A stretch of 64,000 nucleotides of DNA from an uncultured Actinomycetota bacterium (GCA_963794355.1 CAWCDN010000010.1:27819-91818), one strand, 5' to 3'. Numbered from the stretch's first letter, positions 53,692 to 63,903 are shown. Numbers and translations: made by a program. Notes: generated from the letters alone by a model not told the origin.

Positions 53692-53781
53692 ATGATCAGC
53701 CGCGCGTACGAGACGCACCTGGTGGTACGCCGCCACGTGGACCTCGGTCGAACGCGCAGCATGATCTGTTGGCCTCGCTGA
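53692..53781 (+). CDS. 29-aa putative leader peptide of the sulfur-assimilation operon (not in ORF track)
   Basis: MISRAYETHLVVRRHVDLGRTRSMICWPR; RRHVDL plus late Cys resembles actinobacterial leader peptides before sulfur genes. Confidence 0.65.
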   Translation: MISRAYETHLVVRRHVDLGRTRSMICWPR

Positions 53782-53873
53782 CCTCGCTGTCACCCAGCCC
53801 TTTCCCCGCCGATGACGCCGCGCCCGACGAAGCGTGCGGCTCTCGGCTCAGGACCAGCCAAGGACCGACACCC

Positions 53874-55592
53874 ATGCCTGACCAGCGCTACTCCACCACG
53901 GCGGCGTCCCGCACCGAGATCCCGCGCCCGAAGCGCGGTGAGGGGCAGTGGGCCCTCGGCTACACCGAGCCGCTGAACAAGAACGAGCAGTCCAAGAAGG
54001 ACGACGACCCGCTCCACGTGCGCGACCGGATCCTGCACATCTACAGCAAGCGCGGCTTCACCTCGATCGACCCGGCCGACCTGCGCGGCCGCTTCCGCTG
54101 GATGGGTCTCTACACCCAGCGCGCCCCCGGTTTCGACGGCGGCAAGACCGCGATGCTCGAGGAGGAGGAGCTCGACGACGAGTTCTTCATGATGCGGGTC
54201 CGCTCCGACGGGGCGCTGCTGCCTGCCGCGACGGTGCGCGCGCTCGGCACCATCGGCGTCGACTTCGCCCGCGACACCGCCGACGTCACCGACCGCGAGA
54301 ACATCCAGTACCACTGGATCCGGATCGAGGACGTCCCCGAGATCTGGCAGCGCCTCGAAGACGCCGGCCTCTCCACGCTGGAGGCGTGCGGCGACTCACC
54401 GCGCCCGTTCCTCGGCTCCCCCGTCGCCGGGGTCGCCGCCGACGAGATCATCGACGGCAGCACGGCGCTGGCGGAGATCCAACGTCGCTACATCGGCAAC
54501 CCCGACTTCTCGAACCTGCCGCGGAAGTTCAAGACCGCGCTCACCGGACACCCGAGCCACGACGTCTCCCCGGAGACCAACGACGTCTCGTTCGTCGGCA
54601 CCGTCCATCCCGAGCACGGGCCCGGGTTCGACCTGTGGGTCGGCGGTGGCCTGTCCACCAACCCGATGCTGGCCCAGAAGGTCGGCGTGTGGATCCCGCT
54701 CGACGAGGTCGCCGACGTCTGGGAGGGCGTGGCCTCGATCTTCCGCGACTACGGCTACCGCCGGCTGCGCTCACGGGCGCGGCTGAAGTTCCTGGTCGCC
54801 GACTGGGGCGTGGAGAAGTTCCGCGAGGTGCTCGAGAACGAGTACCTCCGGCGGCCGTTGGTCTCCTGCGAGTCGCCCGAGTCCCCGGTCGGGCACCGCG
54901 ACCACATCGGCGTGCACCCTCAGCACGACGGGCTGCTCTATGTCGGCATCGCGCCGACCGCTGGCCGGGTGTCCGGCACGGTGCTGGTGCAGCTCGCCGA
55001 CCTGATCGAGGAGTACGGCGTCGCCGGCGCCCGGCTGACGCCGTACCAGAAGATCGTGCTCGTCGGCGTCGAGCCGGACGTCGTCGACGGCCTGGTCGAC
55101 CGCCTCGACCGGATCGGTCTGTCGGCACGCCCGTCGGGGTGGCGCCGGAACATGATGGCGTGCACGGGCATCGAGTTCTGCAAGCTCGCCATCGTCGACA
55201 CCAAGAACCGGGCCCGCGACCTCGTCGCCGAGCTGGAGCGTCGCTTCCCCGACCTCGACGTGCCGATCACGGTCAACGTCAACGGCTGCCCGAACGCGTG
55301 CGCACGCACCCAGGTCGCCGACATCGGTCTCAAGGGCCAGCTCGTCATGGACGGCGACCGTCAGGTCGAGGGCTTCCAGGTGCACCTGGGCGGGGCCACC
55401 GGGCTGCAGGCCAACTTCGGGCGCAAGCTGCGCGCCCACAAGGTGACCAGCGAGGGACTCGACGACTACATCACCACCGTCGTCACCAACTTCCTGGTCG
55501 ACGGGCGTGAGGACGAGTCGTTCGCGTCCTGGGTGACCCGTGCCGACGAGGACCTCCTGCGCGGCGACAAGACCCTGGCGGCCACGCCATGA
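53874..55592 (+). CDS. sirA: Ferredoxin-dependent sulfite reductase (nitrite/sulfite reductase family)
   Basis: WMGLYTQR, FMMRVR, ACGD, LPRKFK, siroheme-Fe4S4 Cys motifs CTGIEFC and GCPNAC. Confidence 0.92.
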   Translation: MPDQRYSTTAASRTEIPRPKRGEGQWALGYTEPLNKNEQSKKDDDPLHVRDRILHIYSKRGFTSIDPADLRGRFRWMGLYTQRAPGFDGGKTAMLEEEELDDEFFMMRVRSDGALLPAATVRALGTIGVDFARDTADVTDRENIQYHWIRIEDVPEIWQRLEDAGLSTLEACGDSPRPFLGSPVAGVAADEIIDGSTALAEIQRRYIGNPDFSNLPRKFKTALTGHPSHDVSPETNDVSFVGTVHPEHGPGFDLWVGGGLSTNPMLAQKVGVWIPLDEVADVWEGVASIFRDYGYRRLRSRARLKFLVADWGVEKFREVLENEYLRRPLVSCESPESPVGHRDHIGVHPQHDGLLYVGIAPTAGRVSGTVLVQLADLIEEYGVAGARLTPYQKIVLVGVEPDVVDGLVDRLDRIGLSARPSGWRRNMMACTGIEFCKLAIVDTKNRARDLVAELERRFPDLDVPITVNVNGCPNACARTQVADIGLKGQLVMDGDRQVEGFQVHLGGATGLQANFGRKLRAHKVTSEGLDDYITTVVTNFLVDGREDESFASWVTRADEDLLRGDKTLAATP

Positions 55593-55747
55593 GCGAGCGC
55601 GCGGTCCCCTTCCACTGCCCGTACTGCGGCGAGCAGGACCTGTGGCCGTCCGAAGAGGGCCCCGGTGCCTGGGAGTGCCGCGGCTGCCTGCGGGCGTTCA
55701 CGGTGAAGATGCTGGGCATGGTCCGGCCGCACGGGGTTGAGACATGA
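55589..55747 (+). CDS. 52-aa zinc-ribbon protein (not in ORF track)
   Basis: CPYC...CRGC; ATGA overlaps with both sirA and cysH. Confidence 0.8.
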   Translation: MSERAVPFHCPYCGEQDLWPSEEGPGAWECRGCLRAFTVKMLGMVRPHGVET

Positions 55748-56487
55748 CCGCCCTCACGACCACCCAGGCCCGTCGCTACCGCGGCACGCACACTGCGGGC
55801 CGCAGCTCCGAGGAGCTCCGCGAGCTGGTCTCCCACGTCGGTGCCGAGCTGGAGCTGGCGCCGGCCGAGGACATCGTGGAGTGGGCGGTCGCGACCTTCG
55901 GCAAGCGCTTCTGCATCACCTCCTCGATGGGCGACGCCGTACTGGCCCACGTCGCGTCACGGGTCGCGCCGGGGGTGGACGTGGTCTTCCTCGACACCGG
56001 CTACCACTTCGCCGAGACCATCGGCACCGCGGACGCCGTCGGCGCCACGATGGACGTGAACCTGATCCCGATCACGCCGGTGCAGACCGTCGCCGAGCAG
56101 GACGCCGAGTACGGCCCCGAGCTCTTCAAGCGCGACCCCGACCTGTGCTGCCGGCTGCGCAAGGTGCAGCCGCTGGCCGAGGCGCTCCAGGAGTACGACG
56201 CCTGGGCGACCGGCCTGCGCCGCGCCGAGACCCACAACCGCGTGATCGCTCCCGTGGTCGGGTGGGACGCCCGCAAGGGCAAGGTGAAGGTCTCGCCGCT
56301 CGCCCGGTGGACCGACGAGGACGTCCAGCGCTACATCGAGAAGCACGGCGTGCTCGTGAACCCGCTCGTCTACGACGGCTACCCGTCCATCGGCTGCGCA
56401 CCGTGCACCCGCCGTGTCGCCCCCGGCGAAGACCCGCGCAGCGGACGCTGGGCCGGCACCGCCAAGACCGAGTGCGGGATCCACTGA
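55744..56487 (+). CDS. cysH: (Phospho)adenylyl-sulfate reductase
   Basis: FLDTGYHF, CCRLRKV, TGLRR, YPSIGC, C-terminal ECGIH. Confidence 0.95.
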   Translation: MTALTTTQARRYRGTHTAGRSSEELRELVSHVGAELELAPAEDIVEWAVATFGKRFCITSSMGDAVLAHVASRVAPGVDVVFLDTGYHFAETIGTADAVGATMDVNLIPITPVQTVAEQDAEYGPELFKRDPDLCCRLRKVQPLAEALQEYDAWATGLRRAETHNRVIAPVVGWDARKGKVKVSPLARWTDEDVQRYIEKHGVLVNPLVYDGYPSIGCAPCTRRVAPGEDPRSGRWAGTAKTECGIH

Positions 56488-56573
56488 TGTCCCACTCCTC
56501 CACCCAGATCCCCATCGACAGCGTCGTCGGTACTCCCACACCGAAGGTGAACAACGAGAGGAGGCCGCGCTGA
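56487..56573 (+). CDS. 28-aa bridging ORF
   Basis: MSHSSTQIPIDSVVGTPTPKVNNERRPR; TGATG overlap at both ends. Confidence 0.4.
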   Translation: MSHSSTQIPIDSVVGTPTPKVNNERRPR

Positions 56574-57316
56574 TGGCCGCTCCTGCACTGGTGGCCCTGG
56601 CTCACGGAAGTCGTGATCCGCGGTCAAAGACGACAATCACTGCCCTGATCCACGAGGTACGCAAGCTCCGCCCCGACCTCCGCATCGAGACGGCGTTCCT
56701 CGACCTGGCCAAGCCCGCACTCAACACGGTCGTGGACAAGCTCGCACGTGCTCACGTCGAGGAGGTCGTGGTCGTCCCCCTCCTGCTGACCGACGCCCAC
56801 CACGCCCACGTCGACGTGCCGGCCGCGGTGGCCGAGGCCGACGCCCGCCACGAGGGGATGCAGGTGCGCGCCACCTCGATCCTCGGGCTCGAGGCCTCCT
56901 TCCTCGAGGTGCTCGACGTGAGGATGCGTGAGGCGCTCAGAGCCGCCCGCGTCCGCGAGCTCGACGCGCTCGTGCTGGCGGCGGCCGGCTCCAGCGACGC
57001 GCTCGCGAACCAGTCGGTCGCGCGCCTGGCCCGGCTGTGGGGTTCCCACCACAAGCTGCCGGTGAGCGCCGCGTTCGCGTCCGCGGCCCCTCCGGCCACG
57101 GGTGAGGCGGTGCGTGCCTTCCGCAAGGAGGGCCGTCGCCACATCGCGGTGGCCTCGCTCTTCCTGGCTCCCGGGTTCCTGCCCGACCGGGCCAAGGAGC
57201 TCGCCCTCGAGGCAGGTGCGGTCGCCGTCGCCGAGCCGCTGGGCGTCCACGAGGCTGTCGCCCGCACCATCCTCGCCCGCTACGCCGTGGGCGCGGTGGA
57301 GCTGGTCCCGGTCTGA
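56573..57316 (+). CDS. sirB: Sirohydrochlorin chelatase (SirB/CbiX)
   Basis: AHGSRDP, AFLD, VPLLL..AHHAHVDVP, FLAPG. Confidence 0.88.
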   Translation: MAAPALVALAHGSRDPRSKTTITALIHEVRKLRPDLRIETAFLDLAKPALNTVVDKLARAHVEEVVVVPLLLTDAHHAHVDVPAAVAEADARHEGMQVRATSILGLEASFLEVLDVRMREALRAARVRELDALVLAAAGSSDALANQSVARLARLWGSHHKLPVSAAFASAAPPATGEAVRAFRKEGRRHIAVASLFLAPGFLPDRAKELALEAGAVAVAEPLGVHEAVARTILARYAVGAVELVPV

Positions 57317-57409
57317 CCGCGACGTTTCACGGACGCGGAGCTCGTTCCACGACTAGCCTCCGATCGGCGCCGGACACGCGGGTGTGCGGCCTGATCGCGA
57401 GGAGCCGTC

Positions 57410-58816
57410 GTGGACCCCGAGCACGAGCTGGTCGAGCTGCGGACGCGCGTGGCGCACCTGGAGTCACTGGTCGAGCGGTTGACCGGTGACCAGCCCGTCG
57501 TACGACGTGAGGCCGCCCCCGCCCGACCCGACGGGGTCGACCGACGCCGGATGCTGCGCAACGGTCTCGGCCTGAGCGCTGCCGCCGTCGCGGGAGTCGC
57601 CTCCCTCGACGCAGTCGCTTCATCGGCCGCTGCCGCCGACGGCGACGCGGTGCTGATCGGTCACAGCACCTCGCCAACGGCGTTCGACAGCCCGCCCACC
57701 CGGATCAGCAACCCGTCGACGACCCACCAGTCGCCGGTGCTGTTCCAGGTCGACAACGCAACGGACGACCAGATAGCCATCCCAGCCGACACGAGGGCCG
57801 CCATCTTCGCCACCATCGCCGGGCACGACGTCAACGTGAAACAGCAGGCAGCGATCCTCGGGATGTCCGCGTTCGCGGTCGGCGTCCAAGGACGGTCAGA
57901 GGGCGACTCAGGCGTCAAGGGAACCTCGGTCTTCGGCGTCGGCGTCGAGGGCACCTCCACCAGCGGTCCTGCTGTCGGGGCGCAATCGACAAGCGGAACG
58001 GCCGTTCTCGCGGTCTCCGACAGCGGTATCGGCGTGCAGGTGACCTCGCAGACCGGCTACGCGGTGCATGCGACGAGCCAGCACGACGATGCAGCCATCT
58101 TCGGCATTGCCCCGAACGGCATCGGTGTGCTCGGGACCTCCGACCAAGGCTGGGGGGTGGGCGCGCAGGGCACCATCGGGGTCAACTGCCAGGGTGTGGA
58201 CTACGGCGTCGTCGCTGCCTCTGCCCATGGGACAGCGGTCAAGGCCTCTACCTCGGACGGGACCGGTGTGGACGCTACGTCCGGCTCGTCAGTCGGTGTC
58301 CGTGGCAACAGCACCTCCCACGTGGGCGTGTTGGGAATCTCGGACAGCGGCGACGGCATGCGCGCGCAGAGCACGAGCGGCACTGGGGTGTGGGCATCCA
58401 GCCAGCTCGGACAGGCCGTGCTCGCTGAGAGCAGCAACGGGGCGGGTGTTGCCGCCCACAGCTCTTCTGGCCTGGCAGTGGACGCCAGCTCCTCCGGCGA
58501 CTCTCCAACGGTCAGCGCCGACAACGGCGGATCCGGCTCCGCGTTGCAGGCGACGACCACCTACGGATCCCGGGCGGCGGTGGAGGCCAACCACCATGCT
58601 TCCGGCCCGGCCGTCTCGGCGATGAGCACCACGGGAATCGGCGGCGTTTTCCAGGGTGGGCGCGCCGCGGTGCGGCTGGTCCCCCGGCCCGCTCAGGGCG
58701 CCCCCGCCACCGGAGCCCACCAGCGCGGTGAGCTGGTCGTGGACAGCAGGGGCAAGCTGTGGTTCTGCACCAAGAACGGCACCCCGGGCACCTGGCGGCA
58801 GGTCGCGTTCGTCTAG
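57410..58816 (+). CDS. Hypothetical Gly/Ser/Ala repeat protein with Tat-like motif
   Basis: DRRRMLR plus hydrophobic stretch; many GVxGxS/GxGV units; terminal LWFCTKNGTPGTWRQ. Confidence 0.75.
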   Translation: MDPEHELVELRTRVAHLESLVERLTGDQPVVRREAAPARPDGVDRRRMLRNGLGLSAAAVAGVASLDAVASSAAAADGDAVLIGHSTSPTAFDSPPTRISNPSTTHQSPVLFQVDNATDDQIAIPADTRAAIFATIAGHDVNVKQQAAILGMSAFAVGVQGRSEGDSGVKGTSVFGVGVEGTSTSGPAVGAQSTSGTAVLAVSDSGIGVQVTSQTGYAVHATSQHDDAAIFGIAPNGIGVLGTSDQGWGVGAQGTIGVNCQGVDYGVVAASAHGTAVKASTSDGTGVDATSGSSVGVRGNSTSHVGVLGISDSGDGMRAQSTSGTGVWASSQLGQAVLAESSNGAGVAAHSSSGLAVDASSSGDSPTVSADNGGSGSALQATTTYGSRAAVEANHHASGPAVSAMSTTGIGGVFQGGRAAVRLVPRPAQGAPATGAHQRGELVVDSRGKLWFCTKNGTPGTWRQVAFV

Positions 58817-59196
58817 CCGACGAGACGCTCCAGCAGGTGCTCGAGCTGGCGGGCGGGGTCGGCGGTCATGCCGCCGTGGACGGCGCTGGTCTGGAGGACG
58901 GTGCTGCGCGGCGCCTTGAGGAAACCGAAGCGGGTGCCGGGCGGCTTGCCCGCGGCCGCCCCGACACTCTCGTCTCCCCGGCACACGCCCTCGACGAAGG
59001 CGAGCCCGTCGCAGACCGCGTCGAGGTCGAGCCGGGGATCGAGCGCGCGGAGCCGGTCTCGGTCGACGCGCCACGCCGCCTCGAGGAACGCCGTCTCCTC
59101 GCAGTAGAGGACGACACCGACGTTGACGAACTCCTCGCGGTCGACGCGGGGCACGCAACGCAGCACGACGTACTGGTAGGGCAGAGAGGCGCTCAT
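58813..59196 (-). CDS. DUF3037 domain-containing protein
   Basis: YQYVVLRCVPRVDREEFVNVGVVL, RFGFLKAPRSTVLQTS. Confidence 0.88.
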   Translation of the reverse strand: MSASLPYQYVVLRCVPRVDREEFVNVGVVLYCEETAFLEAAWRVDRDRLRALDPRLDLDAVCDGLAFVEGVCRGDESVGAAAGKPPGTRFGFLKAPRSTVLQTSAVHGGMTADPARQLEHLLERLVG

Positions 59197-59954
59197 GCGG
59201 CGTGCGCTCCCGGCAGCCAGGCGCGGGTCGAGAGCCGGGCGCTGAGGAACGAGACGTACGCCGCGCGCAGGGCGTCGGGGGTCTCGGCGCCGGGGGTCGG
59301 CTCCAGCCAGGTGTCCGGCACGTCGGCCACGACCGCCTCGAGGTCCGCATCGGTGAGGTCGATCGCAGCGTCCGCCGCCGCGAGCCCTGGCACGTGGGTG
59401 CCGAACACGTGGTCGCTGACATCCCACGCCTGGCCGGCGAACCGCGACGGGTCGCCGACGCCGCCCGACCAGCCGTGGTGGAAGTAGAGCGACGCCCCGT
59501 GGTCGATCACCCACAGGTCGTCGTGCCAGAGCAGGAGGTTGGGGTTGCGCCAGGTGCGGTCGACGTTCGCGGTGAACGCGTCGAGCCAGAGCACCCGGAC
59601 GGCCGTCTCGGCCGGCGTCGCCGCCTCGCCCTCGTAGCCGAAGGAGCCGGGCAGGAAGTCGATGCCGAGGTTGAGGCCGGGGCTGGCATTGAGGAGGTCC
59701 TGCACCTCCTCGTCCGCCTCGTAGCGCGCGATCGCGGGGTCGAGGTCGAGCGCGACCAACCGCGGCGTGCGCAGGCCCAGCCGGGTGGCCAGCCCGCTGA
59801 CGATCACCTCGGCCACCAGCACTCGCACTCCCTGGCCGGCGCCGCGGAACTTGCACACGTAGGTGCCGAGGTCGTCGCCCTCGACCAGGCCCGGGAGGCT
59901 CCCACCCTCGCGCAGCGGCGTGACGTAGCGCGAGACCGCCACGGTCTCGATCAC
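59193..59954 (-). CDS. HipA-like kinase
   Basis: LREGGSLP, VCKFRG, NVDRTWRNPN, IDHGASL. Confidence 0.85.
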   Translation of the reverse strand: MIETVAVSRYVTPLREGGSLPGLVEGDDLGTYVCKFRGAGQGVRVLVAEVIVSGLATRLGLRTPRLVALDLDPAIARYEADEEVQDLLNASPGLNLGIDFLPGSFGYEGEAATPAETAVRVLWLDAFTANVDRTWRNPNLLLWHDDLWVIDHGASLYFHHGWSGGVGDPSRFAGQAWDVSDHVFGTHVPGLAAADAAIDLTDADLEAVVADVPDTWLEPTPGAETPDALRAAYVSFLSARLSTRAWLPGAHAA

Positions 59955-60793
59955 GCCGGCGGCACCTCGTCGAGCAGGCGGCGTCGCTGCTCCTCGACGT
60001 CGAAGTCCGCGGACGGCCAGCGCAGCGCCATCCCCCGCAACGCCTCGAGCAGCAGCTCACCGATGACGAGGTTGCGATACCACTTCTTGTCCGCCGGTAC
60101 GACGTACCAGGGGGCCACCGTGGTGTTGGTCCGCTCCAGGGCGATCTCGTACGCCGTGCGGTAGTCGGCCCAGTGGCCGCGCTCGTCGATGTCGGCGGGG
60201 TTGAACTTCCAGTACTTGTCCTCGTTGTCGAGCCGGGCCAGCAGTCGCGCCCGCTGCTCCTCGGCCGAGACGTGGAGCATGCACTTGATGATCACCACGC
60301 CTTCGGCCGCCAGCTCGGCCTCGAAGGCGTTGATCTGCTCGTAGCGGCTCTCGACGGTGGCCGGCTCGGCGAGGCCGTGCACGCGGACGATCAGCACGTC
60401 CTCGTAGTGCGACCGGTCGAAGACCCCGATGTAGCCCGGCTCGGGCACGGCGTTGCGGATCCGCCACAGGAACCGGTGCTTGCGCTCCTCGGCGGTCGGC
60501 GCCTTGAAGCTGGTGATCTTGACCCCCTGAGGGTCGACCAGCCCGACCGTGTGGCGCAGCACTCCGCCCTTGCCCGAGGTGTCCATCCCCTGAAGCACCA
60601 GCAGCACCCGGCGCTGGGAGCCGGTGGTGCGCTCGGCCCACAGCTGCTCCTGCAGGTCGGCCAGCTCGTCGCCGAGCGCGAACAGCGCAGCCTTGCCCTT
60701 GGACTTGCCTCCGTCGAACCCGGGCGTCTGGTCGGTCGGGATCGCGTCGAGGTCGACCGGACCGGGGGGAAGCAGATGGAGGTGGGCGCTCAT
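59951..60793 (-). CDS. ppk2: Polyphosphate kinase 2 family phosphotransferase
   Basis: QGMDTSGKGG, FDRSHYEDV, KYWKFN, PADKKWYRN. Confidence 0.92.
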   Translation of the reverse strand: MSAHLHLLPPGPVDLDAIPTDQTPGFDGGKSKGKAALFALGDELADLQEQLWAERTTGSQRRVLLVLQGMDTSGKGGVLRHTVGLVDPQGVKITSFKAPTAEERKHRFLWRIRNAVPEPGYIGVFDRSHYEDVLIVRVHGLAEPATVESRYEQINAFEAELAAEGVVIIKCMLHVSAEEQRARLLARLDNEDKYWKFNPADIDERGHWADYRTAYEIALERTNTTVAPWYVVPADKKWYRNLVIGELLLEALRGMALRWPSADFDVEEQRRRLLDEVPPA

Positions 60794-60818
60794 GGGGTCA
60801 TCATGTCGGATCGCCCGC

Positions 60819-61398
60819 TCACTCCACGTCGTACGCCGGCTCCTCGTGCGCGTCGACTGCCCCGAGCTCGTCGCGCACCACGGCGAAGGCCAGCCCGGCG
60901 GGATATCCCTTGCGGGCCAGCAGGCCCGCGAGCCGCCGGGTGGCGGTGACCCGGTCGACGCCCCGCAGCGACCGGAGCCTCTTGCGGACCAGGATCCGCG
61001 CCGCCTCCTCCTCGTCGGCAGGGTCGAGGTCGTCGAGCGCCGTGCGGGCGGTCTCGTCGTCGACGCCCTTGCGGCGCAGCTCCTGGGCCAGTGCTCGTCG
61101 GGCCAACCCTCGGCTGCGCTGGCGACTCTCCACCCAGGAGCGGGCGAAGGCCTCGTCGTCGACCAGCCCGACCTCGGTGAAGCGGTCGAGCAGCCGCTCC
61201 GCGAGCTCGTCGGGTACGTCGCGCTTGGCGAGCTTGTCGCGCAGCTCCTGCCGGCTGCGGGCCTGACCGGTCAACGAGTCGAGCAGGATCTTCCTGGCCA
61301 CCGACTCCGGGTCGGCGTCGGGCCCGGCGGCGACTGGGTCGGGAGGAGGCTCGCGCGTCCAGGCGCGAACCCCCAGCCCGACATCGCCGGTCCAGGCC

Positions 61399-61409
<11 letters not shown>
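60819..61409 (-). CDS. recX: Regulatory protein RecX (start uncertain)
   Basis: [28 protein letters not shown]; directly downstream of recA. Confidence 0.92.
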
Positions 61410-62451
<1,042 letters not shown>

Positions 62452-62529
62452 GTCTGTCCATCTCTTTCCGGGACCCGTCGTCCCGCCTCGCAGGGGTTCG
62501 ATCGTGCTCTTGTCGCGTCGTCGGGCCAG

Positions 62530-62551
62530 ACGCTAGACCGGGCCACCGACA
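62530..62551 (-). promoter_or_regulatory. PafBC-type (RecA-NDp) DNA-damage promoter for recA
   Basis: Minus strand TGTCGG-TGGCCCGGTC-TA-GCG-T, exact TGTCGG-N10-TA-N3-T match. Confidence 0.75.
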
Positions 62552-62619
62552 TCCCGCGGGACGAGCGTTGCGGGCTGTGGAGAACCCCCGGACGGGGTCG
62601 TCTGTACACACCATCTAAC

Positions 62620-62635
62620 CCGAACACGTGTTCGA
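62620..62635. promoter_or_regulatory. LexA (SOS) box upstream of recA
   Basis: CCGAAC-ACGT-GTTCGA. Confidence 0.85.
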
Positions 62636-62700
62636 CCCGGTGCCCGACACGCCGACAATCCGATTGCGCGGCCGCCCGTCCGCGCGTCACCGTGGCCGAC

Positions 62701-63705
62701 GTGAGCGAGCTCGTGATCCGGCCGGTCGATCCGCGCGACGACGCCGACATGGACGCCTTCCAGGCCGTGTACGCCGCGGCGGAGCTGGCCGAGGACCCCG
62801 ACGCCGCGCTCTACTCCCGCGAGGACGGCATCGCGATGCTGATCTCCTCCGGCACAGGTGGGGAGCTCTGCGAGGCGTACGCCGCCTTCACCGGCGAGAC
62901 GATGGTCGGCGAGCTGATGATCACCGCTGCCCTGCGCGACAACCTGGGAGTCGCCCGGGTCTGGATCTGGGTCGACCCGGCCCACCAGCGACGAGGCGTC
63001 GGCAGCCGGCTCTCGTCGTACGCCGACACGCGCGTGGGCGAGCTGGGCAGGTCCATCTGCCACGCCCAGGCACGGATCGGCGTCGACCGCGCGAACGGCA
63101 ACCGCTCCTTCGCCGAGCAGATGGGCTACGCACTGGCCAACACCGAGATCGAGCGACGGCTCGACCTCCCCGCCGACGCGCGGCTCCTCGACCGGCTGGC
63201 CGCAGAGGCCGCGCCGCACCACCGCGACTACCGGCTCCGCACCGTCGTCGGGCCCGTGCCCGACGACCTGGCTGCCTCCTACACCGCCCTGCGCAACCAG
63301 ATCAACGTCGAGATGCCGTCGGGCGACCTCGAGGTCGAGGCGGGTCAGGAGACGCCGGCCGAGCTCGCGGTGCAGGACCGCTACCTGGTCGACTCCGGAC
63401 GCACCCGCGTCGCGTCGTACGCCCTCGACGTCGATGACACCGTCGTCGCCTACTCCGTGGCCGCGACCAGCAACGAGCACCACCACCACGTCGACCAGTG
63501 GGGCACCCTCGTCGACCGCGCCCACCGCGGTCACCGGCTCGGCCTGGCGGTCAAGTGCGAGCTCCTGCGGGCGCTGGCGGGGTTCCCCGACAAGACCTTC
63601 ATCGAGACCACCAACGCCGAGACCAACGCCCACATGGTCGCGATCAACGAGACGCTCGGCTTCGAGGTCGCCGAGGTGTACGGCGACTTCCAGAAGCGGC
63701 TCTGA
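62701..63705 (+). CDS. Tandem-domain GNAT N-acetyltransferase
   Basis: VDPAHQRRGVGS and VDRAHRGHRLG acetyl-CoA loops; NAETNAHMVAINETLGF. Confidence 0.87.
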   Translation: MSELVIRPVDPRDDADMDAFQAVYAAAELAEDPDAALYSREDGIAMLISSGTGGELCEAYAAFTGETMVGELMITAALRDNLGVARVWIWVDPAHQRRGVGSRLSSYADTRVGELGRSICHAQARIGVDRANGNRSFAEQMGYALANTEIERRLDLPADARLLDRLAAEAAPHHRDYRLRTVVGPVPDDLAASYTALRNQINVEMPSGDLEVEAGQETPAELAVQDRYLVDSGRTRVASYALDVDDTVVAYSVAATSNEHHHHVDQWGTLVDRAHRGHRLGLAVKCELLRALAGFPDKTFIETTNAETNAHMVAINETLGFEVAEVYGDFQKRL

Positions 63706-63708
63706 GGC

Positions 63709-63903
63709 CTACCGTTCCGACTCGGGCAGGTGCAACGCCTGCCAGACCGCGGCCCACACCGCCTTCGGCGGCTCGCCCGCGTCCAGCGCCTCGGTGACGG
63801 TGCGGCCCTCGAGGTCGGCCAGCACGAACTGCTCGGCCCACGCTCGGGCGTACGCCGGGCCGAGCGCGGCCTCCATCCGCCGCCAGAACTCCGTGTGCCT
63901 CAC
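63709..63903 (-). CDS. DUF3046 domain-containing protein
   Basis: MRHTEFWRRM, GRTVTEALDAG; usual position upstream of recA. Confidence 0.88.
   Translation of the reverse strand: MRHTEFWRRMEAALGPAYARAWAEQFVLADLEGRTVTEALDAGEPPKAVWAAVWQALHLPESER

Noticed and set aside
58341-58351. CGGACAGCGGC match to the array right arm
   Set aside because: It lies inside a CDS encoding SDSG, with no left arm at the expected spacing; a chance match in GC-rich DNA.
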